Source of the DNA: an uncultured Methanomassiliicoccales archaeon
Lineage (GTDB): Archaea > Thermoplasmatota > Thermoplasmata > Methanomassiliicoccales > UBA472
Assembly: GCA_963695345.1 (NCBI GenBank)
Contig: OY968769.1
Span: 1,664,001 to 1,728,000 of the forward strand
Length of the DNA: 64,000 nucleotides
Direction: 5' to 3'
Part shown: piece by piece, positions 10,876 to 21,356 of the stretch
Layout: every line of letters starts with the position of its first letter
Position numbering within the stretch: the stretch's first letter is position 1
Notes under the pieces: model-generated
Told to the model about the DNA's origin: nothing
What the model saw: only the letters and a program-made list of their open reading frames with translations
The model's database searches: none
Translations under genes and position numbers: made by a program

Positions 10876-11802
10876 TTAGCCTTTTTCCGGGGACATCATC
10901 GTAATGATAGAGTTCGGCTCTTCGAGGCCATCCCCAAACGACATGCGGGTCGGTCCCTCCCTCTGCTCAATGCCCAATGACCTGACAAGCCTGGCCGCCC
11001 CCATGTTGTTGCCTGGAACGCAAAGCTTGAATGTGGCGGCCCCGATGCTCGACATCGCTGCCCTGATCAGGTTTTCAGCCAGATACATGTCTCCCCCTTC
11101 CACGACACATGGTCCCAGATCGATCCTGCCCTGCGCTTGCCTTCCCATGAGATATCCGGTGACCTCATCCCTGGTCCCGCAGGCAAAGAGATAACCATCC
11201 GGTTCCTCGAATAGGGCCTTCAGTATCCGGCTCCGGTCGATCCCCATCTCCCTTAGGTCGAGCCTCTCAATATCATCCAGCCTGGGACGGAACACTTCGA
11301 TCGCTGGCGGTTCGATATATTTCACGTTGCCCATGAACCTCAGCGACAGGAACTCCCTCCTAAAACCGAACCTCTCATAGAACGGTTCGACCCCGGGAAC
11401 GCTGTCCAGCTTGAAACTGGTCGCGCCCGAGCGCCTTGCCGATTCCAGGCAGTGGGACATCAGCGCCTCTCCGACGCGCCTGCCTCTGAGGTCCTTGCGA
11501 ACGATGAGCGAATTGATCCAGGCCACCCGGTCGTAGTTGATCGAGCCGATGATGCCCGCATCAAGACCGTCCACCGTCGCTTTGAAGTAGCCCTTGGGTT
11601 CAAGGCGCAGAAGCCTCCTCCAGTCCCCAAGACTGCGGTTCCATCCTTCCGAATCGGTCAACTCCTTTCCGAAATCGATGTCTCCCTCAGTGAACCGATC
11701 GATCTCTATGCTCACGAGACCGTTACCATTTTGCGGGCAAATAGTGTTATCGTTGACGGAACGCATAGTCACGATGTTACCCATATGACATCCAGTCGGC
11801 AA
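10876..11802 (-). CDS. GNAT acetyltransferase with YitH-like C-terminal domain (true start probably near 11715)
   Basis: EGWN...DW, LIVRKDLRGRRVGEALM, PFYERFGF, GPCV, C-terminal SPEKG. Confidence 0.8.
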   Translation of the reverse strand: MPTGCHMGNIVTMRSVNDNTICPQNGNGLVSIEIDRFTEGDIDFGKELTDSEGWNRSLGDWRRLLRLEPKGYFKATVDGLDAGIIGSINYDRVAWINSLIVRKDLRGRRVGEALMSHCLESARRSGATSFKLDSVPGVEPFYERFGFRREFLSLRFMGNVKYIEPPAIEVFRPRLDDIERLDLREMGIDRSRILKALFEEPDGYLFACGTRDEVTGYLMGRQAQGRIDLGPCVVEGGDMYLAENLIRAAMSSIGAATFKLCVPGNNMGAARLVRSLGIEQREGPTRMSFGDGLEEPNSIITMMSPEKG

Positions 11803-11841
11803 GGGTTATAGTATCGGGCCTTCGATATCATCCCGATCCCG

Positions 11842-12585
11842 ATGAAGGTCAGATTCCTTGGCACCAATGGATGGTATGATTCTCCGACCGGACTAACCAC
11901 ATGCCTGCTCGTAGACACCGAGGAATGCCACATCGTTCTCGACGCGGGAAACGGGTTTTACAAGATCGACGAGCTCATCAAGGATGAGAAGCCGATCTAC
12001 GTTTTCCTGAGCCATCCGCACCTGGACCACATCTCCGGGTTCCACACGCTGAACAAGTACAAGTTCACACAGGGCATGAAGATCATCGGGCAGCCTGGGT
12101 CCAAGGAGGTGCTTGGTCGGATCATCGCCCCTCCGTTCACGGTCCCGTTCGAACTGCTGCCATGCAAGGTAGAGGTGGTGGAGGTGGCCGAGGGTCGCCA
12201 TGAGAAGCCGGTACGGTTCGAATGCCGGTATCTGATACACAGCACACCGTGCTTCGGCTACCGATTCGAAGTGGACGGCAAGATACTGGCATTCTGCACC
12301 GACACCGGTGTGTGCGAGAGCGCCATCGAGCTGTGCCGAGATGCCGACCTCATGATAACCGAATGTTCCTTCAAACCTGGTCAATCCAGCGCTACCTGGC
12401 CCCACCTGAACCCGGAGGACGCGGTCAACATGGCATTGAAGGCCAACGCCAAACGCCTGGCCCTGGTCCACTTCGATGCCGCCTTATACACGACGATCGC
12501 CGACCGGTACGAAGCGGTCGAGCCGATGAAACAGAGGTTCAAGGACATCTTCGTCGCTGAGGACGATAAGGAACTTACCGTATGA
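11842..12585 (+). CDS. MBL-fold metallo-hydrolase (RNase Z/BN-like)
   Basis: FLGTNG, SHPHLDHISG, HSTPCFGYR, CTDT, LALVH. Confidence 0.9.
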   Translation: MKVRFLGTNGWYDSPTGLTTCLLVDTEECHIVLDAGNGFYKIDELIKDEKPIYVFLSHPHLDHISGFHTLNKYKFTQGMKIIGQPGSKEVLGRIIAPPFTVPFELLPCKVEVVEVAEGRHEKPVRFECRYLIHSTPCFGYRFEVDGKILAFCTDTGVCESAIELCRDADLMITECSFKPGQSSATWPHLNPEDAVNMALKANAKRLALVHFDAALYTTIADRYEAVEPMKQRFKDIFVAEDDKELTV

Positions 12586-12628
12586 CCAGTCCGTCAATCA
12601 GCAACTATTTCTGTCAAATGATCAATCC

Positions 12629-14068
12629 ATGGGCGTGCTCAGCAAGGAAGTGCTCGACCAATTGACGGCGATAGTCGGCCCGGAAAACCTTTCCACCCGG
12701 AGCGCCGACCTCTATACCTATGGCTTCGATTCGTCCATCCATCACGCCAACGCGGAGGTCGTGGTCCGACCCGGGAACGCCGGGGAGGTGTCCGGGATAG
12801 TCAAGGTGGCCGCCAAGCACAAGATACCAATCACCGCCCGGGGAGGGGGGACCGGCCTTTGCGGGGGGGCGGTCCCGCTCTTCGGCGGCATCGTTCTGCA
12901 GACTACCAGAATGAACCGGATCAAGGAGGTCCGGGTCGAGGACCTCTACTGCGTCGTGGAGGCGGGCGTCGTCTATGATAAGCTGAACGAGGCGTTGGCG
13001 CCGAAAAAGTTCTTCTTCCCCACCGCTCCAGGCAGCGGGGAGGCATGCACCATCGGGGGGATGGTGGCGACCAACGCGTCGGGCATGAGGGCGATCAAGT
13101 ACGGGGCCACCAGGGACTACGTACTGGGGCTGAAGGTGGTTCTAGCCAATGGAGAGGAGATGGAGGTCGGCACCAGGACGCTGAAGAACTCCTCAGGGTA
13201 CCAGCTGGAGCGTCTTTTCGTGGGCAGCGAGGGGACTCTGGGGATCGTCACTGAGATCACCCTGAAAGTATCGCCAAGGCCGAAGTCATCGGCGATGGTC
13301 GTGGCGGCTTTCGATACCCTGGAAGCCGCTGGTAGGTGCGTCTCGAGGCTGATCGCAACGCCGCTGCTCCCCTCCGCCACCGAGCTGATGGACAGGACCT
13401 GCATCCAGGCGGTGAACAAGGCGATCAATGCCGGCCTGCCGGACTGCGAGGCGCTCTGCATGATCGAGGTCGACGGAGACCCGTTCGTGGTCGACAAGGA
13501 GTCCGAGGCGGTGCAGAAAGTGTGCCATGACATCGGCGCCTCAAGCGTCCAGTACTCCAAGGACCCGAAGCAGATGGCCAGTTGGACCAATGCCCGAAAA
13601 TCGGTCATGTCGGCGCTGAGCCGCTACGGGGAGAGGTCGGTGTCGGTTTCCCTGGCGGACGACATGGCGGTCCCCATCTCCCGGATTCCGGAAGCGGTGG
13701 TCGCGTTCCAAAGGATATCTTCCGAGAACGGCATCATCGTCGGTACCTACGGCCATGCGGCCGACGGGAACCTGCACACCAAGCTATTGGTCGACCCAGA
13801 TTCCGAGGATTCTTGGAGGCACGCCGAAAAGACGGTGAGCGAGATATACGATGTGGTCATCTCGCTCGGCGGGACGGTCACCGGCGAGCACGGTATCGGG
13901 ATCACCAAGGCCCCGTTCCTCAAGAAGGAAAGGCCGACGGCGCTCTCCACCATGCTGAACATCAAAAAAGCCCTGGACCCGGACAACATCCTCAACCCCG
14001 GCAAGCTGGCCCAATGGGAGGGCGGCATCATCACCCGCCTGAGGTACCCCTGCAAGGACCTGGATTGA
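12629..14068 (+). CDS. FAD-linked oxidase (GlcD / D-lactate dehydrogenase family)
   Basis: RGGGTGLCGG, TIGGMVATNASG, GSEGTLG, GHAADGNLH, GEHGIG, DPDNILNPGK. Confidence 0.9.
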   Translation: MGVLSKEVLDQLTAIVGPENLSTRSADLYTYGFDSSIHHANAEVVVRPGNAGEVSGIVKVAAKHKIPITARGGGTGLCGGAVPLFGGIVLQTTRMNRIKEVRVEDLYCVVEAGVVYDKLNEALAPKKFFFPTAPGSGEACTIGGMVATNASGMRAIKYGATRDYVLGLKVVLANGEEMEVGTRTLKNSSGYQLERLFVGSEGTLGIVTEITLKVSPRPKSSAMVVAAFDTLEAAGRCVSRLIATPLLPSATELMDRTCIQAVNKAINAGLPDCEALCMIEVDGDPFVVDKESEAVQKVCHDIGASSVQYSKDPKQMASWTNARKSVMSALSRYGERSVSVSLADDMAVPISRIPEAVVAFQRISSENGIIVGTYGHAADGNLHTKLLVDPDSEDSWRHAEKTVSEIYDVVISLGGTVTGEHGIGITKAPFLKKERPTALSTMLNIKKALDPDNILNPGKLAQWEGGIITRLRYPCKDLD

Positions 14069-14099
14069 TCGATTCGTCCGGTCTTTGAACCTCATTCCT

Positions 14100-14759
14100 C
14101 TACCATATTGAGATGTATCCCATGACCAGCAGCAGGGAGACGCCCGTCATGGCCACCATGGCCAGATAGACCGGTATCGACCAGATCGCGATCTTGTATC
14201 CGTCCAGCGGCGGGATCGGGATCAGATTGAACCCGCCCAGGAACAGGCTCATCAACGCCACCAGGTTGAGGATCAGGCCGGTCGTGCCGAACGGAAAGGC
14301 AAGCCAGGCGATAAGGAAGACCCCGCCGATGGCCAGGTTGACAATGGGTCCAGCCAGGCTGATGATCCCGTTCTGTCTCTTGGTGACCCGACCGGAGATG
14401 TACACCGCCCCGGGCGCGGCGAACAGGGCGCCCAGGAACGACATCATGACCGCCAGCATCAGTCCGAGGGGATACATCCTGAACTCTGCCCAGGCGCCAT
14501 AGCGCTGGGCCACGAACTTGTGGCCGAGCTCATGCAGAAGGAAACCTGCGAGGACGACCAACGCCGACACTCCCACGGTTACCGGCAAGGCCCCCATATA
14601 GGACATTCCCAGGGAGGACGCCAGTCCCCGGTTGAGGTAGATCGTGAATGCCAGCGTCAGAGCAGCCACTCCGATCAGGATATGGATGATCTCCACCTTG
14701 CTGAAACGTATCTTGCCATACCCTTCGGGGATGTAGACAGTGTTGTACTCGGGGAACAT
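14100..14759 (-). CDS. Site-2 protease family (M50) membrane metalloprotease
   Basis: HELGH, AGPIVN, FNLIPIPPLDG. Confidence 0.9.
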   Translation of the reverse strand: MFPEYNTVYIPEGYGKIRFSKVEIIHILIGVAALTLAFTIYLNRGLASSLGMSYMGALPVTVGVSALVVLAGFLLHELGHKFVAQRYGAWAEFRMYPLGLMLAVMMSFLGALFAAPGAVYISGRVTKRQNGIISLAGPIVNLAIGGVFLIAWLAFPFGTTGLILNLVALMSLFLGGFNLIPIPPLDGYKIAIWSIPVYLAMVAMTGVSLLLVMGYISIW

Positions 14760-14893
14760 AGATTCGCTTACCCTCGATTTCTGGACGACTAGTTAAACCT
14801 TGGGCGGTAACTTCATATCGTCCCGATGGCCGGCGGACGGTACAAAAACGGATATCTTTTTGTACGGGTGTGCGGAATAGCAGCCGTTCCCAA

Positions 14894-16792
14894 ATGTCAC
14901 ATTTTCTGCATGGCAAGGCACTGTTCCGTTGGTGCGATAGGTGCGGCACCCTGCTCCTGGGAGGCGGATGCGATATCTGCGGGGGAAGCGGGCGGGAATT
15001 CGAGGTGTCACTTCCCGGAGACATCCGGCCAGCCATGGGCAAGGCGGCCGAAGGGGTGGCGCTGCTTCTGCGAAAACACTTCGGCTCGAGCGTTCCCACC
15101 GATAGCAAGCTCATATTCCTCAACAAGGTGGCCGGGGAGGACCGGTCCGATGAGATAGTGGTCGATGGAAGGATAATCGGGACCATGCGATTCGATGTCC
15201 GGACGAAGGAATTCGACCTCGACCTGAAGATGGACGGTGCGCAGCTACTTCTTCCAGTGGCAAAGAAAGGCGTTGTCACCGTGGCCAAGCTGACCGGGCA
15301 CCTGAAGGGCAAGAAGGTCTCCGGACCGGAGATCGTGGAGATCAGGGGAGACTTCTCCCAGGGGGACCCGCTGATCGTTGTGTCCGGCAACACGCTGTGC
15401 AGCGCAGTGGCCAAAGTCGGCTCCGGCGAGGCGAGGACGGCGGAGAAGGCCATCCTGATCCGGGACGTGGGTAAGGTGGAGAAGGCCCCGTTCGGAAAAA
15501 GGGCCTCGAGGCAGGACTTCGTCGCCGCGAACCGGAAGTTCCTGGATGGTCTGGAGTCCAAGGGAGTCAGCGACATCAAGTCCTTCGTTGGCAACCGGGG
15601 GCTTCCGGTCACCCTATCGTTCAGCGGAGGGAAGGATTCACTGGCCGCATATGGCATTGCCAAGAAGGCGAAGCTTAAGATGACCCTCATCTTCATCGAC
15701 ACCGGCCTGGAATTCCCGGACACGGTCGATTATGTCCACAACTTTGTGGCCAAGCACAACGAGCAGCTGATCGAGGCTTCGGCGGGGAACGCATTCTGGG
15801 AGCAGGTGGACACATTCGGGCCGCCCGCCAAGGACTTCCGCTGGTGCTGCAAAGTATGCAAGCTCGGACCGGTAACCACGGCGATCGAGGAGAACTATCC
15901 CAAGGGGACGATCACCATCGAGGGCAACCGCGGCCTGGAGTCGTTCTCCCGGTCCCGGATGAACTTCGTCGAGACCAATCCCTTCGTGCCCAATCAGACC
16001 ATCCTCAATCCGATCAAGGATTGGAGGGCGGCGGACGTGTGGGGGTACATATGGCTGCGCGGTCTGGATTTCAACCCACTATACGAACAGGACTTCGAGC
16101 GTATCGGCTGCTACCTGTGCGCCTCCTGCCTGGAGAGCGAATGGAAGAGGACCTCCGAGCTCCATCCCAAACTGTACAGCGACTGGCAGGCCTACCTTGA
16201 CCAATGGTCCAAGCGGGTCGGTGTGGGGCCGGACTTCATCCGGTACGGTCTATGGCGCTGGAAGGTGCTGCCGCCCAAGATGAGGCAGCTGGCGGACGAG
16301 GTCAACCTGAAGGTGCCCCAGGCCAGGTCGGACCGGTTGGAGCTCAGGATGACCAAGGGAGTGAGCCCGTGCCTGACCGGTGGATACACTATCGAGGGAG
16401 TGCTCATCGTTCCCAAGAAGCGCGATTTCTCCCGCGTCGGTGAGACGTTGAAGACGGTCGGCAAGGTGAAGCTGTCGGAGGAGTTCGAGATCGCCCTGGT
16501 CAAGAACCGGGAAGGGACGGTCAAGGTATTCGGGGGCGGTCAGGTGCTGGCCACCGCGCCGACGGAAGGTGCGGCCCAGAAGCTGTTCGAATCCGGGGTG
16601 AAGGCGATACTCAAGGCCCAGATGTGCACCCGATGCAACATCTGCGTGAAGAACTGCCCGCAGCGCGCGATCAGGATCGAGGATGCTCCGCTGATCATCG
16701 AAGAGCGGTGCAACCAGTGCGGCAGATGCACGGATGCCTGCGTGGTCGCCCATTACTACGACAAGTTAGTGTCCGGGAAGGAAAGGGTCTGA
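14894..16792 (+). CDS. PAPS reductase family protein with zinc ribbon, PUA and C-terminal 4Fe-4S domains
   Basis: SFSGGKDS, DTGLEFP, RWCCKVCK, RIGCYLC, CTRCNICVKNCP...CNQCGRCTDAC. Confidence 0.9.
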   Translation: MSHFLHGKALFRWCDRCGTLLLGGGCDICGGSGREFEVSLPGDIRPAMGKAAEGVALLLRKHFGSSVPTDSKLIFLNKVAGEDRSDEIVVDGRIIGTMRFDVRTKEFDLDLKMDGAQLLLPVAKKGVVTVAKLTGHLKGKKVSGPEIVEIRGDFSQGDPLIVVSGNTLCSAVAKVGSGEARTAEKAILIRDVGKVEKAPFGKRASRQDFVAANRKFLDGLESKGVSDIKSFVGNRGLPVTLSFSGGKDSLAAYGIAKKAKLKMTLIFIDTGLEFPDTVDYVHNFVAKHNEQLIEASAGNAFWEQVDTFGPPAKDFRWCCKVCKLGPVTTAIEENYPKGTITIEGNRGLESFSRSRMNFVETNPFVPNQTILNPIKDWRAADVWGYIWLRGLDFNPLYEQDFERIGCYLCASCLESEWKRTSELHPKLYSDWQAYLDQWSKRVGVGPDFIRYGLWRWKVLPPKMRQLADEVNLKVPQARSDRLELRMTKGVSPCLTGGYTIEGVLIVPKKRDFSRVGETLKTVGKVKLSEEFEIALVKNREGTVKVFGGGQVLATAPTEGAAQKLFESGVKAILKAQMCTRCNICVKNCPQRAIRIEDAPLIIEERCNQCGRCTDACVVAHYYDKLVSGKERV

Positions 16793-16850
16793 AGTGCGGA
16801 TAGCTCCAGGACATGATATTATATCGTTGAGCGTCTTCCCCGGAGCGTAA

Positions 16851-17543
16851 ATGAATTACGACATGTTCATCGCCGGTGCCATAGGATTTGCGCCAGCCAT
16901 CCTGTTGATGTTCTACACCTTGAAGAACTACACCTATCCGGCTGTGGAAAGGCCGTTCTTCGACGACCGCAAGGTATTCTTCATGTTCACCGTCGGCATC
17001 ATGTTCGGTGTCGTCCTGGCGAGCCTCAATTACCTCTTTGTTTCCGGCGATGCCATTTCGCTGATCGTCTTTGCCCTGCTGTTCGCTCTGCTGGAAGAGA
17101 TGGCCAAGTTCGTCATCCTGAACATGCGGCGGTTCCTGCAGAAGCTGGACACCACGTTCTACGGGGTCACCCTGGGTCTGGGCATGGGCAGCACCACCGG
17201 TTTCGGGGCCGCCTTCTTCGCACTGACAGCGCTCAAGGGACAGGCCGGTGTCCTGGACTATGTCTTCCTGATCCTGCTCGCCACCCAGTTGGTCCTCCTC
17301 CACGGGGCGACCACCACCACGATCGCCATAGGGTCCGCCCGCGGCAATCCCTGGCCGTTCCTGATCCAGGCGATCATGATACACCTGGCGGTGAATCTGT
17401 TGATGGTCCCCTACTATCTGGGGGAAAAGCCCCTCGGCTTCATCAGCTTCGCACTGGCACTGGGTTTCCTGGCGTTATTACTACCGGCACGTCTACAGAA
17501 CAATGATACCGGACGTGGTCAACGGAGGCATTATCAAGAATGA
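16851..17543 (+). CDS. Multi-pass membrane protein, PrsW-like (possible C-terminal frameshift)
   Basis: Hydrophobic helices, EEMAK, LHG, IH motifs. Confidence 0.6.
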   Translation: MNYDMFIAGAIGFAPAILLMFYTLKNYTYPAVERPFFDDRKVFFMFTVGIMFGVVLASLNYLFVSGDAISLIVFALLFALLEEMAKFVILNMRRFLQKLDTTFYGVTLGLGMGSTTGFGAAFFALTALKGQAGVLDYVFLILLATQLVLLHGATTTTIAIGSARGNPWPFLIQAIMIHLAVNLLMVPYYLGEKPLGFISFALALGFLALLLPARLQNNDTGRGQRRHYQE

Positions 17544-17590
17544 AGCATGCGTCAAAACGTTAATATCGGCAAGGGTCCATTGAACTCATT

Positions 17591-18820
17591 GTGGAGCAGA
17601 CACGCCCAGATCCGGCCCAGCAGACGTACCCACAGCAGTACCATCAGACATATCGGACCTCCACCGCCGCCTCATCCCGGCCCCAGTCAGATGCCTCCTC
17701 CAAAGCGGAAGAACAAGGGGGCCCTCAAAGCCGGTGTTGTGCTTGTCGTCGTCATCATAATCGCCATCATTCTGATCATGCCCTCCACGCAGGATTTCCT
17801 GAAGAAGATCGTTCATCTCACCGTTCCAGGATTCAGTACCCGGAATATGCGGACATATCCTTCCAGAGGACGTTCACGGTCGGTGCGAACGGGGGCACTC
17901 TGATCAACTTCACGGTAGCCGCGATCAAGCCGCAGAACATTTCCCAGGAAGGAGTGAACCTTCAGCTGGTGTAATCCTTCTCCACTAATCCCGCGGTCAG
18001 TACCACTATCCAGCGCGGTTCGGCCACCGGTCTCATCTGGAACGGCGGTCAGCTCACCGGTCAGGGAAGTACACCATCACCATGACAATACCAGGTCAGG
18101 GAGACGACCAGGATATGGAGCCTGACGTCAAGCCGATTCGGGCACGATCAGACCAGATCCCATCCTCTCTCAAGGCCATTTACCTGGGCGACGAATGGAA
18201 GATCATTGGCCACCGACCCGAGCATTGTCGCTTTGTCGAAGCAGATCAACGGCGACGAGACAGAACGTCTACACCATCCTCAAGTCCACCTATGACTGGG
18301 TCACTAAGAACATCGATTACCCCGGTTCGCCGGTGCCCGGTGAACCGAAGACGTCGCTGGAGACCCTCCAGACGCAGGGTCGGCGACTGCGATGACCAAT
18401 CGAACCTATTCCTCGGCCTCATACGAGCCGCCGGCGTTCCCGGATGGCTCCAGCTGGGGGCACTGTACAACCCGACATCCAAGCCAGATGGAAGGCCATG
18501 CCTGGGTCCAGACCTACGTATCATACGCCAATGGCGGCGGCGTCTACGTCAACATCGACCTGGTCAACAAGAACTTCCTGGATCTGGAAGCCGTCCTTGG
18601 TCTGCGACTACACCGACAACGGGAACGCCATGGACCTGAGGAACTACTATTACACCTTCTACAGCGTGTACGACCCGGACACCTACTCCGTCTGGGGCGG
18701 GCCCGTCGTTCGACGGATAGCTTCACCATCCTGAGCTACAACGAGTCGCCGAACAGGATCACCGTCAATCAATTGGCGGACGGCGGATACGCTTCATTGC
18801 TGGCAGTCAGCCGATCATAA
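17591..18820 (+). CDS. Membrane-anchored transglutaminase-like protein (heavily frameshifted, one internal TAA near 17972)
   Basis: Fragments YDWVTKNIDY, GDCDDQSNLF...RAAGVP, GHAWVQ, NID give the Cys-His-Asp triad; N-terminal TM segment. Confidence 0.65.
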
Positions 18821-19268
18821 AGGGCGGTATCGACCAGGCTTAGGTTCGTAGACGATGCCTTCGTTCAGCATGACCGCGGCGATCTTGGCCGGGTCCAGGT
18901 CATAGCCTTCCTTCGCCAGGACATCCCTCAGGTCGTCCAGGCTGAACCCCGCCTCGCACTCCAACGAGTGTGCCAGTAGCACCATCCCGTCAAAGTCCAG
19001 CGATTGGTTCTTCGACCTTCTTCCGTTGCTCCTCGGAGGCCTGGCGGGCGAGGATGACGTCATCCCCGTAATCCTCGATGGAATGCTGCTGTCGGGAACT
19101 TGTGCGGCGGACGGCCTCCGCCAGTTCGAGCTCGTTATCGGTCTGAAAATAGACGCGCATGCGGTCCACCTCGGAGTGGAGGCCGCAGCCAGGACATTTT
19201 GAGGTTTTTACCGAGAGGTCGACCCCTCGGGCCCTATTGCATCTCGGGCAGATGATCACCCCGAACAT
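18815..19268 (-). CDS. DUF1922-like zinc ribbon protein with C-terminal winged helix (frameshift near 19020)
   Basis: CPRC...CPGCG; GIVYEPKPGRYR; overlaps the pdaD stop. Confidence 0.65.
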
Positions 19269-19738
19269 CAGTACTCAACGAATACCAACGAGCCGAGGCA
19301 GGTGCCGTAATGGTCCATGGGGATGGAGAGTTCCTCAGCGGCGTATCGGATCGGCTTAAGCTCGATGTCCCTGAGATTCGCCATCTCGTTCATCTTCCAT
19401 TCCAGGACCTCGCGCAGCGCCTTCTTGGTGCCGTGCATGTGTCCCTCTGCGACATAGCCGCCCTGTCCGTCCTTGCGGAAGGCGTAGGCGATACCGGCGG
19501 AGATCATCTCACCCTCACCGCCTCTCATCTGAGCGAGGACGCAATGAGTGATGGAGCCCATCGGCAGGTCCCGCGGCGCCACCTGCTTGGCGCCTACCGG
19601 CAGGACCGAGGATACGGAGACCAGGTTAAGTTCGCCAATCTTTGCCTCTTTCAAGGCCTGGTCGAACGCATTGAGGTCCGAGACCTTGGAGACGGCGCAG
19701 CCTGAAGTGACAAAGAATTTCTTTGGCAGTAAGTTCAT
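19268..19738 (-). CDS. pdaD: Pyruvoyl-dependent arginine decarboxylase
   Basis: PKKFFVTSG, LNAFDQAL, NLVSVSSVLP self-cleavage site. Confidence 0.9.
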   Translation of the reverse strand: MNLLPKKFFVTSGCAVSKVSDLNAFDQALKEAKIGELNLVSVSSVLPVGAKQVAPRDLPMGSITHCVLAQMRGGEGEMISAGIAYAFRKDGQGGYVAEGHMHGTKKALREVLEWKMNEMANLRDIELKPIRYAAEELSIPMDHYGTCLGSLVFVEY

Positions 19739-19794
19739 ATTTCCGATGTAAATTTATTAAGGAATTTAAGCGTTTGCATAAATGCGGGCGCGCC

Positions 19795-20742
19795 TTATTT
19801 CAGTTCCAGAAGTCGCAGTTCCCGTTCCAGCAATCGAACGTCCTTCTGATTGAGCGTTTCTGGCGACAGGGGCAGCAGAAGTATCCCTTCATGCATCGCG
19901 ATATTGTCGTTGATCAGTTGTATGAACTTTAGGATCTTCGAGAAATTGTTCTGACTGATGAGATACTCCAACCCGGAGATGAGCACTATCGGCTTGGCGG
20001 ATGTTCCCAGGAAGTTCTTGATCTCCGAGTAGATCAGGGGGACGTTGGTCGGTTCGCGGCCGTACTTGTTCTGGATCTCGTAGGAGAGCCAGAGGTATGG
20101 GACTTGGTTAAGCCCCCATCTCTTCTGGACCTTTTCAGGATACTCTCTGGCCACGATCATTCCCTTGCGGCCCTCGGACATCTGGTCGAGGAAGATGTCA
20201 TAGGCGATCGATGGATCCGTCACCTCCAGAAGGTAGGAGTTGCTCGACTCCAGCACATACTTCCGATCCCCCGCCGGACGCTCGATCGGCGCCTCGGAGG
20301 TGATGTATGTCGTCCTCGGGGTAAGTACGTGGACGCATCTTTCCGAACCCTCTGATATGCACGAGACCTCGGTCGATTCGTATTTCTTGCCGAGCAACGA
20401 AGAGACCACTCCTGCCAGGTATCCACGGGTGAAATCACAGCGGTGACCGAATTTCGCTTCTAGGGATTCATGGAACGTGACCATTATCTGATGGTCGGTG
20501 ATCACATCGATATGGATCCGGCTCAGACCGGTCTCCGACCATATCTGGGTAAGCATATCCTCGGCCTGTTTCAGATCGCTGCAATGGATGTCCAGGCTAT
20601 TGAGCAGTCCGACCCCGGCCCGGTAACCGTAGCGCTCCAGTGTTTCAGCGGATGAAACACCATCCATCAGTTCCAGCTCTTCCCGCAGGTCCTTCAGGGC
20701 AGAGGCGGGCATGACGAAGAACGGTCTGCTCTCATCTGACAT
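19795..20742 (-). CDS. V4R (4VR) domain + DUF835 (KaiC/RecA-like) protein
   Basis: CDFTRGYLAG...EVSCISEGSERC V4R motif; GMIVAREYPE, LWLS, LISGLEYLISQNNF DUF835 motifs. Confidence 0.85.
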   Translation of the reverse strand: MSDESRPFFVMPASALKDLREELELMDGVSSAETLERYGYRAGVGLLNSLDIHCSDLKQAEDMLTQIWSETGLSRIHIDVITDHQIMVTFHESLEAKFGHRCDFTRGYLAGVVSSLLGKKYESTEVSCISEGSERCVHVLTPRTTYITSEAPIERPAGDRKYVLESSNSYLLEVTDPSIAYDIFLDQMSEGRKGMIVAREYPEKVQKRWGLNQVPYLWLSYEIQNKYGREPTNVPLIYSEIKNFLGTSAKPIVLISGLEYLISQNNFSKILKFIQLINDNIAMHEGILLLPLSPETLNQKDVRLLERELRLLELK

Positions 20743-20744
20743 AT

Positions 20745-21251
20745 TCAACCACCTACCATCAGTTTGCCGAGCTGGAGGAAAGCTTCCTCCACGCCCTCTC
20801 CAGTCTTTGCGCTGGTCCTCTTGAAATCCCGGCCTATGGGCTGCGATACTGCCTTGAGCGAATCATCGGTGACCCGTGCCGGCATGTCGCACTTGTTGGC
20901 CAAGGGAATGATCGGAACGTTGCCCGCCATCCGGGAGAAGTCCTGATACCAGGAGTGCAGGCTATCCAAGGTCTCCGGTCTGGTGCTGTCGCAGACCAGG
21001 AAAGCACCGTTCGCGCCGGAAAAATAGGCAGAGTGCATGGACGCACCATTTTTCTGACCAAGGATGTCCCATATCATCATGGTGAGCTCGATGTCCCCGA
21101 ACACTATGACCTTCTTTGAGACCTTCGCCCCGAAGGTAGAAATGTAATCATCACCGAAAACATCCAGAACGTAACGCCTGACAAGACTGGTCTTGCCGAC
21201 CGCGCCGTCACCTATCAAGCAGACCTTCCGTATGAATTGTTTCTTTTCCAT
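20745..21251 (-). CDS. Rab-like small GTPase
   Basis: G1 GDGAVGKTS, G2 YISTFG, G3 WDILGQ, G4 NKCD, G5 TSAKTG. Confidence 0.92.
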   Translation of the reverse strand: MEKKQFIRKVCLIGDGAVGKTSLVRRYVLDVFGDDYISTFGAKVSKKVIVFGDIELTMMIWDILGQKNGASMHSAYFSGANGAFLVCDSTRPETLDSLHSWYQDFSRMAGNVPIIPLANKCDMPARVTDDSLKAVSQPIGRDFKRTSAKTGEGVEEAFLQLGKLMVGG

Positions 21252-21356
21252 GGTCCAGAGGTTGAATGCCTGGGTGCTCTATTAAAGGTTCTCCGACGGC
21301 ATCGAAGAATGATAATTAGGGCTGTTGTTCCTCATGACATCGTGATGCTGGACAGC

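Noticed and set aside
17950-18000. Internal stop in the transglutaminase-like gene as recoding
   Set aside because: The codon is TAA, not TAG or TGA, and the gene has several other errors; sequencing error or decay is more likely.
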